Shown in pieces: positions 45,550 through 53,851 of a stretch of DNA of 62,520 bases (position 1 is its first letter; the number at the start of each line of letters is the position of its first letter). The translations under genes were made by a program, and so were the position numbers. The DNA is from a virus (taxonomy: Duplodnaviria > Caudoviricetes), in the IMG/VR virus record IMGVR_UViG_3300042861_000978, positions 1-62,520 of that record; one strand, written 5' to 3'. The notes under the pieces are model-generated. The model saw only the letters and a program-made list of their open reading frames with translations, did no database searches and was not told the DNA's origin.

Positions 45550-46971
45550 TTATAAGTTTTTTACTAATCTTACTGAGCGACCATATTTTTTACCAAAAGA
45601 AAAAACTGATGCATTATTATTATTTTGAAATAAAATAAGGTAAAAAGCATCAGAAGCACCACTAGTTGTAACACTCCACCAATTACCACCTTCTCCTAAA
45701 TACCAAAAAGTACCAAAAGTATCTGGAGTACGGTTACCACCAGGTAAAGCTGTAAAGCCACTACTATTGGTTGCACCTGAACTCATATTCCAATGAGTAG
45801 TTCCTGCTTCTTTTAAAGCTTGTCCTGCTAATCCTCCTCCACCTAAAGAACTAATTAAAGTATTAAACTCTGTTTGTGTAGGAACATGATATCCTGCAGG
45901 TGCTAATTGTTTTCTCAATGCAGGGTTGGCAGCTGATGCTGCGTCATAAATTCCTGCCACAGCATACCAATTGTATAATTTGCCATAAACACATTCATTT
46001 GCTGGGTCATTGTCATAATAACACCATGCTCCTGTGGTAAGATTTTGCCAAGCTGCAGGGTTACTAACTTGAGGAATTGGAGTACCATCAGAGTATGTAG
46101 TTACATTAAGATTGCAAGCTGTCCAGGTTTGTGCACCAATAGTAACATCTGTTAGCTGACAACAAGTTGTGGTTGTTGTGGTTGTTGAGCTTGTAGTAGT
46201 AGTTGTTGTTGGAGCTATTGTTGTTGTAGTAGTGGTTGGTGTAACAGTTGTAGTTGTTGTAGTTGTTGGTGGTGTTGTAGTTGTAGTAGTTGTTGTAGGA
46301 ACACATAATACTGCTTCACAAGTAGATTGTTCTGTTTCTGTATTTATATTAAAAGAAGTAGGACTACTTGATGTACCCATAAATTCTAATATTTGAAAAA
46401 CAAATCCAGAAAAATCATCATAATAAAACTGCCCAACATTTAAAGGTCCAACATTTGCTCTTATATATGATCCACTAGTTTCACAAGTCTCACAAACAAG
46501 TTGTTCTATTCTATAAAGGTAACTAATTACAGTTGTAGTAGTAGTGGTGGTACTAGAACTTGTAGTTGTAGTAGGAGTTATAGTGGTGGTTGTAGTTGTT
46601 GTACTGCTGGTAGAAGTACTAGTTGTAGTACTAGTAGAAGAAGTAGTTGTACTAGTAGATGTTGTAGTTGTTCTTATTGGTGGAGCCTCAAAACAATTCT
46701 TCACACAATTTGCTGTTAGTTTTACAACTTGTGAAGCAATTTGATTAACAGAATATTTTGATACATAATCAGGGTTGATTTGTTTATAAAATAAAATTCT
46801 TCTGTATTGTATTAAATCAAAAATTGCTGATCCAGAAATAGGTTTATTCAGCATAAACACTATATTATTATACATAGTGCTTGAAAGCTGTGCTAATTTA
46901 CAATCTATAGAAGCTATTAATGAATTAATATCTCCACACTTTGTACAGTTAGTTTGTTTAGGATAGAGCAT
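45550..46971 (-). CDS. Tail hub-like protein carrying Thr tracts, a Cys module and a C-terminal FISUMP domain
   Basis: Helical N-terminal ~95 aa, two long poly-Thr tracts, IGAQTWTACNL..YGKLYNWYAV..GNWWS..GRSVRLVK. Confidence 0.7.
   Translation of the reverse strand: MLYPKQTNCTKCGDINSLIASIDCKLAQLSSTMYNNIVFMLNKPISGSAIFDLIQYRRILFYKQINPDYVSKYSVNQIASQVVKLTANCVKNCFEAPPIRTTTTSTSTTTSSTSTTTSTSTSSTTTTTTTITPTTTTSSSTTTTTTTVISYLYRIEQLVCETCETSGSYIRANVGPLNVGQFYYDDFSGFVFQILEFMGTSSSPTSFNINTETEQSTCEAVLCVPTTTTTTTTPPTTTTTTTVTPTTTTTTIAPTTTTTTSSTTTTTTTCCQLTDVTIGAQTWTACNLNVTTYSDGTPIPQVSNPAAWQNLTTGAWCYYDNDPANECVYGKLYNWYAVAGIYDAASAANPALRKQLAPAGYHVPTQTEFNTLISSLGGGGLAGQALKEAGTTHWNMSSGATNSSGFTALPGGNRTPDTFGTFWYLGEGGNWWSVTTSGASDAFYLILFQNNNNASVFSFGKKYGRSVRLVKNL
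46165..46672 (-). repeat. Two long (ACN)n Thr-codon tracts flanking a Cys module; similar tracts near 32890-32970, 33670-33693, 34030-34195, 35004-35030, 35255-35305, 43188-43215, 43965-43990, 44213-44310, 47745-47800
   Basis: GTT/GTA/GTG trinucleotide runs on the plus strand encoding poly-Thr on the minus strand. Confidence 0.9.
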
Positions 46972-47083
46972 TTATACAAAAGTTTTTAATTTTATTTGCT
47001 ATAGAATAACAAGCATTACATAGTCCTTGTTTTAATTGACACCCACATCCCACTTGTATCCCACACTTACTACAAATTGCCAT
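46958..47083 (-). CDS. Small Cys-rich protein, 41 aa (MAICSKCGIQVGCGCQLKQGLCNAC...)
   Basis: Translated by hand; 7 Cys including CxxC, CGC and CxxC; fills the intergenic gap and overlaps the next start. Confidence 0.75.
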   Translation of the reverse strand: MAICSKCGIQVGCGCQLKQGLCNACYSIANKIKNFCINALS

Positions 47084-47091
47084 TTTATTTA

Positions 47092-47655
47092 TTATTGAAA
47101 GTTAATTAAATAATTATTACCAGAACACCCACAGTTGTTATTGATAAAAGTATCTAACATCTTAGATGCTTTATTATATAATTTATTAGCTGTAATAGGA
47201 TCACAGTTATTAGCTGCTGCTATAGAACCCTGAATAAAGAAATATATTGTAGATAGATCCACTTTACTTTGTGTTTTAATAGCTTGATCGCATTCCATCA
47301 TATCTAATTTCATAAATGCTTCATCAAACTTTGCTTGTAATCTATCTACACGCATTATAGTTTTTTCTACAAAATATACCTCTGGTGGTTCTATAGTGTA
47401 TTTAAAAGAATATATTCCATCAGGAAGAGGTTGTTGTACTCCTGGTTCTGTTATTTCTAGTGTATCAGAAGTAAAAAAATTAAGTTCTAACACATTAAAT
47501 GGTATAGAAACTTTTTCAAATCCAGGTACACATATTTCTATAGTTGGATCTGTTACTACAGGAGGTTTAGTGGGATAGATAGAAATATCTAACACAGATA
47601 AACTAAGTACATCGAATGTAGGAACAATTGTTATATTTAATTGTATTTCGTCCAT
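47092..47655 (-). CDS. Virion structural protein (probable tail hub)
   Basis: Beta-rich N-terminus (LPDGIYSFKYT) plus helical C-terminus; follows the auxiliary capsid gene. Confidence 0.55.
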   Translation of the reverse strand: MDEIQLNITIVPTFDVLSLSVLDISIYPTKPPVVTDPTIEICVPGFEKVSIPFNVLELNFFTSDTLEITEPGVQQPLPDGIYSFKYTIEPPEVYFVEKTIMRVDRLQAKFDEAFMKLDMMECDQAIKTQSKVDLSTIYFFIQGSIAAANNCDPITANKLYNKASKMLDTFINNNCGCSGNNYLINFQ

Positions 47656-47662
47656 ATGGTTG

Positions 47663-47707
47663 AAAAAAAAATACCAGAGGAATGTGGAATATCCTCTCCT
47701 CTGGTAT
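47663..47707 (-). terminator. Intrinsic terminator after the auxiliary capsid gene
   Basis: 11-bp stem ATACCAGAGGA/TCCTCTGGTAT followed by T9 on the minus strand. Confidence 0.85.
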
Positions 47708-47730
47708 AGATTATTTATTAAAAAAGTTTC

Positions 47731-48903
47731 TTAAGGAATCAACGTACTTGTTGTTGAAGTAGTTGGCCATACAGTTGTAGTAGTAGAAGTTGTTGTAATA
47801 CAAGTTCCAGTTTCATCTACAAGTGTTCCTAGCAATCCTTCAATCAAATCATCAATATCTGTTTCAGCTCCACTATTTGAAGGAACAGCGATAATTACTT
47901 GAGAGTCTTGTTCGATGTAATCACCCCATTGGTAAGCTGATCTATCATACTCATTAAACTTAATGTAGTAAGTAGTGTAGTTAGTACCATCAGAAACCCA
48001 GCTTTCAAAGTTACCATTATACCCTACCATTCTGTAAAGGTGTTTTAGGTAACCAGCTTGGTAGCTGTAGAAGTTTTTCTCTAGTTGAATAATTTCATCA
48101 GAAGTACCTCTAGCATAGTTAGAACGTTGTGTAATTACAGCATTAGCAACAATGTTACAATTATCAGCAACAATAAAGTCAGCTGTAGTTGCAGGACCAC
48201 TGTATACAAATGTACGGAACCACATTCTATCAAACTCATAAGGGAATGCTGCAACATCACATGGTTGACCATATTTAGTTAATGGTTTTCCAGAGATACG
48301 AAGTTTAGCAGCAGAGTTATTACCGATTCTTTGGAATTGATAGAAATCATTAAAATTAATGTTATCAGGATTGATACCAGGAGCTTGTTGAGTAAGTTTC
48401 AAAATGAAAGCATCAATTAATGCTGGTACATCTACTGTATCACAAGGATCTGCACCACAATCACAACAAGGAGCTTGTACAGTTACTGAGCGTGTAAACC
48501 CATTAAAATACAATGTATCCAAGTAAGAAGAATGTGCACGTAGTGTTAATGTTACAACATCACCACAATGTACATTCCAACCATCAACATCTGTAACTTG
48601 AGTTACAGGAGTAGGACATCCAGATACTTTGTAAAATTCAGTTACATTTGATTTACAAGAAGAACCTGTAGGACATCCAGCAATTTTGTCAGAACGTTTT
48701 GTTCCTTGCAAATAAGTGTTAACTCTACCTTGAGCTACATAAAAGTAATTTCCTGTAGCAGTAGGAGATGCAGGATCAATTACAGTGTAGTCAGCGTTGA
48801 AGAAACCTACTTCACCTGCAGACAAATTTTGTGTACGACCTGTGCTAGCAATATTACTGCCAACAGGAACTACAAAAAGCGTGTTTAATGAAAAATCAGC
48901 CAT
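47731..48903 (-). CDS. Auxiliary capsid/decoration protein with Thr-rich C-terminal tail
   Basis: Codon usage resembles the MCP gene (CGT, TTC, AAC); followed by a strong terminator; crAss-like gene order. Confidence 0.65.
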   Translation of the reverse strand: MADFSLNTLFVVPVGSNIASTGRTQNLSAGEVGFFNADYTVIDPASPTATGNYFYVAQGRVNTYLQGTKRSDKIAGCPTGSSCKSNVTEFYKVSGCPTPVTQVTDVDGWNVHCGDVVTLTLRAHSSYLDTLYFNGFTRSVTVQAPCCDCGADPCDTVDVPALIDAFILKLTQQAPGINPDNINFNDFYQFQRIGNNSAAKLRISGKPLTKYGQPCDVAAFPYEFDRMWFRTFVYSGPATTADFIVADNCNIVANAVITQRSNYARGTSDEIIQLEKNFYSYQAGYLKHLYRMVGYNGNFESWVSDGTNYTTYYIKFNEYDRSAYQWGDYIEQDSQVIIAVPSNSGAETDIDDLIEGLLGTLVDETGTCITTTSTTTTVWPTTSTTSTLIP

Positions 48904-48930
48904 TTTATTTATTTATTAAGTGTTAAAAAA

Positions 48931-49662
48931 TTATTCGTTTGTTTGTATTCTATATTGTGCATTTTGCACTGCACTTTGATTCTCTGTAAACATCGCTAAG
49001 TTCTGAACTGTTAAATCTAATAATTCATCTTCTAAGTATGTTTCTAATTCACAATTTTGATCTATTGATGGTGTGCCATCAAATTTAATATATCCCTCTT
49101 TATCAATGTAAACTGGATATCTCATATAACTTATACATATTTCTTTTGGTGTGAATGTACCATCTGTAAATATGCTTATTTCATCAGAGGATAGGAAGTT
49201 AAATGTTTCTTGATATTCAAAACTTGGTTTGTAGTGTGTGTTGTTTAAAATAAACTGTAAATCACCATGCTTTGCTAAATCTCGATTAATCCAAATCTTT
49301 CTATTTTTACAAATTCCTTTATCAGCTAAAACATATGAATCTATATAAAACATATATTTTGGGTCTAAGGAATGTAAATTAGCTTTCCACTGATTTAGTT
49401 CTTTGTTTTTTAATGTTAATGGTAATGTTCCTTCGTTATATGCTATTATAAGACTTTGCAAATCTTCATAACGTTTTTTAAAGGAATCTAGCCCCATCTG
49501 GCTAACAGTACTAATGTTATCAACTTTTTGCTTTATCAACTTAATCTGAGCTTCATTAAGAGCTAAGATTTTATCTTCAAGCTGGATTTGTTGATGCTCA
49601 TTAGTTGATAGCTTATTTAATCGTTGATCAATTTTATATAATAAACTATCTACTGGTATCAT
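48931..49662 (-). CDS. Tail ring/head-tail connector protein
   Basis: LNEAQ..F..KRYEDLQSL..Y.RYP..CEL..EL pattern; gene order after MCP. Confidence 0.65.
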   Translation of the reverse strand: MIPVDSLLYKIDQRLNKLSTNEHQQIQLEDKILALNEAQIKLIKQKVDNISTVSQMGLDSFKKRYEDLQSLIIAYNEGTLPLTLKNKELNQWKANLHSLDPKYMFYIDSYVLADKGICKNRKIWINRDLAKHGDLQFILNNTHYKPSFEYQETFNFLSSDEISIFTDGTFTPKEICISYMRYPVYIDKEGYIKFDGTPSIDQNCELETYLEDELLDLTVQNLAMFTENQSAVQNAQYRIQTNE

Positions 49663-49688
49663 ATTTTATATTTTTAAAAACTAGCCAC

Positions 49689-50657
49689 TTAAACAGCAGC
49701 TAGTTTTTTAGTTTTTAATTTTTGTTCAAGAGTGATTAATTCATCTTGATTATCATCATCGATTAAGAATTTAACCAAATCTTCTTCATCTTTAGCAATT
49801 TCAAATTCTCCTTCATAAACTTTACCATTAGGTTTTATTCTATAAATAGAATGTGTTACTGCTTGTTTAACTAAGTCTTTAATATGTAATAAATTCTCTT
49901 TCATATCGGCAAATCTATTAAATACTTCTACAGGATTTAATCCTTGGAAAGCTCCAGATTTAAATTCAGATTGTTTTAACATATTATCTACTTGGTTGTA
50001 AACAATTTCTTCTTTTGTATCATCTGTTACTGGAAGACCAAGTTGTCTAGCAACTTTACGTTTTTTCTCAGGTGTCATACTGTCAAACTTAACAATTGCT
50101 TTATTAATTAATTGTTTTTTCTTAAATATGATTCCACTTTCAATATCCTCATCAACAACATAAAATTGTGTTTCTGCTGGATATTCACCTCTTTCCCATG
50201 CTTGATAAGAACTTGCAATAGTTGGATGTACTCTAAGCCATGAAAAAGCTAATTCTTGAAAAGGAGTAGATAAATCAAAGTAGTTGTCTCCATCTAAAAG
50301 TTTTACTGATTGTACGTGTGTATAATCTTCATTAGATAGAGATAGTCCATAGTTCCAAAATTTAGAACGAGGGCCTAAATCAATATCACCTAAAGCAGCT
50401 TCTAGTTTTGCACGAAGCTTGGTAACTCTTTCAATTTCTAATTCTCTTTCTGTAGGATCTGCAATTCTTTTAATATAAGCTGCATTTGGGTCTAACCCTG
50501 TTCTGTATTGACCATCCAATTCTTTGTAAGGATATTTGAATACTCCTGTTCCTGGTATTCTTGTAAGTCCTTTTGATGCTAAACCTCCTTGCATTGTTTG
50601 CAATTGAGAAGTTGTATAATCTTTCTTTAATGTAGAAATCTTTCCTAATTTTGCCAT
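49689..50657 (-). CDS. Conserved crAss-like protein encoded immediately after MCP
   Basis: 322-aa ORF in the conserved position; function not evident. Confidence 0.6.
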   Translation of the reverse strand: MAKLGKISTLKKDYTTSQLQTMQGGLASKGLTRIPGTGVFKYPYKELDGQYRTGLDPNAAYIKRIADPTERELEIERVTKLRAKLEAALGDIDLGPRSKFWNYGLSLSNEDYTHVQSVKLLDGDNYFDLSTPFQELAFSWLRVHPTIASSYQAWERGEYPAETQFYVVDEDIESGIIFKKKQLINKAIVKFDSMTPEKKRKVARQLGLPVTDDTKEEIVYNQVDNMLKQSEFKSGAFQGLNPVEVFNRFADMKENLLHIKDLVKQAVTHSIYRIKPNGKVYEGEFEIAKDEEDLVKFLIDDDNQDELITLEQKLKTKKLAAV

Positions 50658-50691
50658 GATGTAGTTAATTAATTATTATTGGTTTAAATTT

Positions 50692-50853
50692 GCAGAATGT
50701 TCCCATCGAAGGGAATGCAATATAGACATGTAGTCTAGTATTCATCATTCTGTTTGAGATCAATCCCCTCTAGGAGGGAGTGGGTATGAGGGGATCTTTC
50801 TCAGAAAAATGAGTTACTCTGGGACGCTGTTCTTGTGGGTAGCGTAGTAACTA
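50692..50853 (-). ncRNA. Candidate structured RNA element in the MCP 3' intergenic region
   Basis: Three consecutive GC-rich domains with readable pairings (a three-way junction and two long stem-loops with C-rich loops). Confidence 0.5.
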
Positions 50854-50862
50854 CTGTTATTA

Positions 50863-52434
50863 TTAGAATTGTGGGATTTCCTCAATCAACACAGTTCTTG
50901 ACAAATCTTCAATGAATACATCACATCTGTCTTTCATCCAGATTTCGTATCCTGGGAATTTGTTAGCACTTGACATACCTTGAGATTTTGCAAATCCTAA
51001 GTGGTGACGAGTACCATCAATATATCCCCAAGTCATAGAAGGAGCACCCTTCATACGCACTTCACGAATGTTATTTACCATTGAACCATCAGACATTGGA
51101 GAAACATCAAACACCATAAATACTGGAGTAGATTTTTTGTTTTGTCCAAACTCTAGGTTAGATTGTGGTAAATCTAATTCTTTCAAGTGAATAAGTTCAA
51201 CACGCCCAGTCTCACGTGTAACCATTGCATCAAATGCAAAGTTGTAAGTGATGTGTTGTCCTTCTCCTTGCATATATCTGTTTCCAGAATCTGCCATAAA
51301 TGTAAGACCAGAATTCAATGCATCATTTTTCAAAGCTTGTTGGAATACATCAAATCCAGCTTCATTAGTATACATTTTAACTCTACGATCTTTTACATCC
51401 ACACGTCTGTAGAATAAATCTCCAAATACTGAACGGATTAGATTTGCAGAGAATTCACCTCTGTTATATTGTACCAAGTTACCATTGTTACGCATTCTGT
51501 GGTAAACACCTGCAGATGTACGCTTCAATTCTTGCTTAGAACCATTAGTTTTAACTGTTCCAGGCTTAGCCCAAATCATTCTCTTAACTTTTAGCTCAAG
51601 CATAGACTTACGCATCCAGAACTCAATAAACGGTTCCCATTTAACATCATTACGAGTTAAAGGTAATTGGTTTCTACGTTGTGGAGCATATACTAAAATG
51701 TCAAGAGGTTTACCTGAAGCATCTCTCATCATTTTATCATCAGCCCATTCTGTAATTTTGTGCTCATAACCATATGCTGACCCTAAAGATTCAAACATAG
51801 TGATTTTTTCACCAAGTCTTGGTAGACCAAGTAGATCTTGATCAAATTCACCAATTGCAGCATCTACTAATTCTAGTTCAATACCAACTTGTAAAAATGT
51901 AGAAGAAACAAAATCTACAATAGGATTGTCAGTTACTAAAGTAAAAGAGTACAAGAAACCAGCATTCCAAGCAATTGGATCTTTAGTTACATAGAATCTT
52001 GGACCATACTGACGAGAACCTACAGATACAATAGCATTTTTAGAAAACTCATTAGTATCTAATACTAATTGAAATTCTTGACCATCAATACCTGGTTTAC
52101 CTGTACCTTCTTGTAAAATAGCAGTTAAACTAGCAGGAATATCAATAATTTTTGGGAATTTGTAAGGAACTTGAACTTCCCATTTCCAAGAATCACTATT
52201 ATTATCAATGTAATAAGGAGTGCTCTTGTTAATCATGTCTAAGAAGTCATTGCTGTACAATGAGCTCTGAGTGTACAAACTGATGATTTTTTTATCATAG
52301 TCAGCAGGTTCTGTAGAGTGAAAAGACTCTAAGTGATTGGCATCAGTTAGTTTTCCTACAGCACGTTTGTCCATAGAGGCAACCCTTGCGTAGGTAAAAC
52401 CAGTTAAGCCAGGAATAGTTTGAATTTGTGACAT
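50863..52434 (-). CDS. Major capsid protein (crAss-like, HK97 fold)
   Basis: 523 aa, after portal and acidic scaffold; strong expression codon bias. Confidence 0.88.
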   Translation of the reverse strand: MSQIQTIPGLTGFTYARVASMDKRAVGKLTDANHLESFHSTEPADYDKKIISLYTQSSLYSNDFLDMINKSTPYYIDNNSDSWKWEVQVPYKFPKIIDIPASLTAILQEGTGKPGIDGQEFQLVLDTNEFSKNAIVSVGSRQYGPRFYVTKDPIAWNAGFLYSFTLVTDNPIVDFVSSTFLQVGIELELVDAAIGEFDQDLLGLPRLGEKITMFESLGSAYGYEHKITEWADDKMMRDASGKPLDILVYAPQRRNQLPLTRNDVKWEPFIEFWMRKSMLELKVKRMIWAKPGTVKTNGSKQELKRTSAGVYHRMRNNGNLVQYNRGEFSANLIRSVFGDLFYRRVDVKDRRVKMYTNEAGFDVFQQALKNDALNSGLTFMADSGNRYMQGEGQHITYNFAFDAMVTRETGRVELIHLKELDLPQSNLEFGQNKKSTPVFMVFDVSPMSDGSMVNNIREVRMKGAPSMTWGYIDGTRHHLGFAKSQGMSSANKFPGYEIWMKDRCDVFIEDLSRTVLIEEIPQF

Positions 52435-52474
52435 TTTTATTAATCGTTTTGAGTTATTATTAATTTAAATTATT

Positions 52475-53713
52475 TTATTGGAACCAAGAACTACTTGTTG
52501 ACTTTGTACCAGTTGTTCCAGTTTTAGCAGTTGTTTTTTGTCTAGCAACTTCTGAAAACAATTGATTAGCTTGTTTAGACACTCCTGTTTTTTGTATAGT
52601 TGATAATGTTGGATCTTTTTCTAAAATTTTAAGAAGTAGAGCAACCTTAACTTTTGTAGCATGATTTTCTGGTCTCTTTAAATCCAAAATAGTTCTATCA
52701 AAGTCTGATAAAGTTTCTCCTGATGCAGTTTTCCATTTATCAACTAATAGGAAGTCTTGTAGTTCATTGACAAGCTTTGGATTTAATGGAATACCATCAA
52801 ACTCTTTTGCTTTTAGTTTATCTTGTAAAACTTCATGTACATTATTAATATACTGTTGTTTTATTTGTTGTTTTTGTAATTGTTCTTGCTCTGCCTTTTG
52901 TTGCATAGCTTGCAACTTTTGAGCTTCTTTTTTAACTAACACTTTATGATGTTTAGTAGATACACTTTCTAAATCACCATAATTTTGAAGTCTTTCAATT
53001 TCTGTTGTTATATCTTCTGGATCAAAACCTTGATCAGCTAAAGCTTGTCTCATTACTGAAATTTGATTTGATTCTTGTGATAAATCCATTTCAGCAAAGT
53101 TTACAACTTGGTTATATGTCCCAAAATATTCTTTAGGGTTTACACCTTTTACAAATATGGCATCAAAAGCATTTTGGTAATCCTCTCCAAATTGTCCTAT
53201 AAAGTTTTCTACAATTTCTGAAGCTCCTTTTCTTTTTTCAGCATTAAATCTTTCTAAAAATTCTTCTGCAGTTGTAATAGGAGATTCATCATCATCCTCC
53301 CCTTTAGTAAACACTCCTAGTTTAAACAAATCATTTGAAAGAGCTGAAAATTGTGTAGAAGGTTCTTCATCATCATCTTCTGTTTCTGTATTTGTAACAG
53401 ATTCAGTAGGTTTTACAGTTTCTTCATCTTCATCTGTATTATCTCCTAGAAAATTAGAGATTGCTGATTGAGCTTTTTTCTCATCACTGTCTTCATCTTC
53501 TACAGGAGTTATCTCTTTACCTTTTGGTGTAGAAGGAGCTTTAGGTTCAGCATCTTTTACTTCATTAATAATAGGGGTAACATCATCAGGATTTGATGAA
53601 GCTGTTTCTGGTGAAAATAGTCCTTCTAGTAATTCTTGGTTTCCAGCACCCATTTCTAAAGTGTCCTGAATAGAGAAACTATTGGTGGATAGTTCTAAAT
53701 TATCTTGTGCCAT
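52475..53713 (-). CDS. Capsid scaffolding/assembly protein
   Basis: Highly acidic disordered N-half and coiled-coil C-half, between portal and MCP. Confidence 0.7.
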   Translation of the reverse strand: MAQDNLELSTNSFSIQDTLEMGAGNQELLEGLFSPETASSNPDDVTPIINEVKDAEPKAPSTPKGKEITPVEDEDSDEKKAQSAISNFLGDNTDEDEETVKPTESVTNTETEDDDEEPSTQFSALSNDLFKLGVFTKGEDDDESPITTAEEFLERFNAEKRKGASEIVENFIGQFGEDYQNAFDAIFVKGVNPKEYFGTYNQVVNFAEMDLSQESNQISVMRQALADQGFDPEDITTEIERLQNYGDLESVSTKHHKVLVKKEAQKLQAMQQKAEQEQLQKQQIKQQYINNVHEVLQDKLKAKEFDGIPLNPKLVNELQDFLLVDKWKTASGETLSDFDRTILDLKRPENHATKVKVALLLKILEKDPTLSTIQKTGVSKQANQLFSEVARQKTTAKTGTTGTKSTSSSWFQ

Positions 53714-53750
53714 AATGTAGTTGTATTTAATATTTGGTTTATATTCTATG

Positions 53751-53780
53751 TAAAACTATAACAGTTATTTAAATTACAAA
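53751..53780 (-). promoter_or_regulatory. Degenerate Bacteroidota-type promoter for scaffold-MCP
   Basis: Minus strand TTTG (53777-53780), 18-nt spacer, TAGTTTTA (53751-53758). Confidence 0.4.
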
Positions 53781-53851
53781 AGAAAATAGTGCTGTATTAA
53801 AACATATTGTTGGGTAATATAGCATTATCTTTTTTTTCTCCTTAAATTGAA

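Noticed and set aside
34442-46165. Diversity-generating retroelement acting on the FISUMP domains
   Set aside because: No reverse transcriptase and no near-identical adenine-mismatched repeat pair seen in the window; it remains possible only if encoded elsewhere.
32920-46744. Plus-strand poly-Val ORFs (32920-33186, 44215-44460, 46169-46396, 46544-46744) resembling membrane peptides
   Set aside because: They are antisense shadows of the Thr-codon tracts, with no independent start signals.
50692-50752. Hammerhead ribozyme or tRNA in the three-way junction after MCP
   Set aside because: It has AUGAUGA rather than CUGANGA, lacks the GAAA core, and shows no cloverleaf or T-loop consensus.
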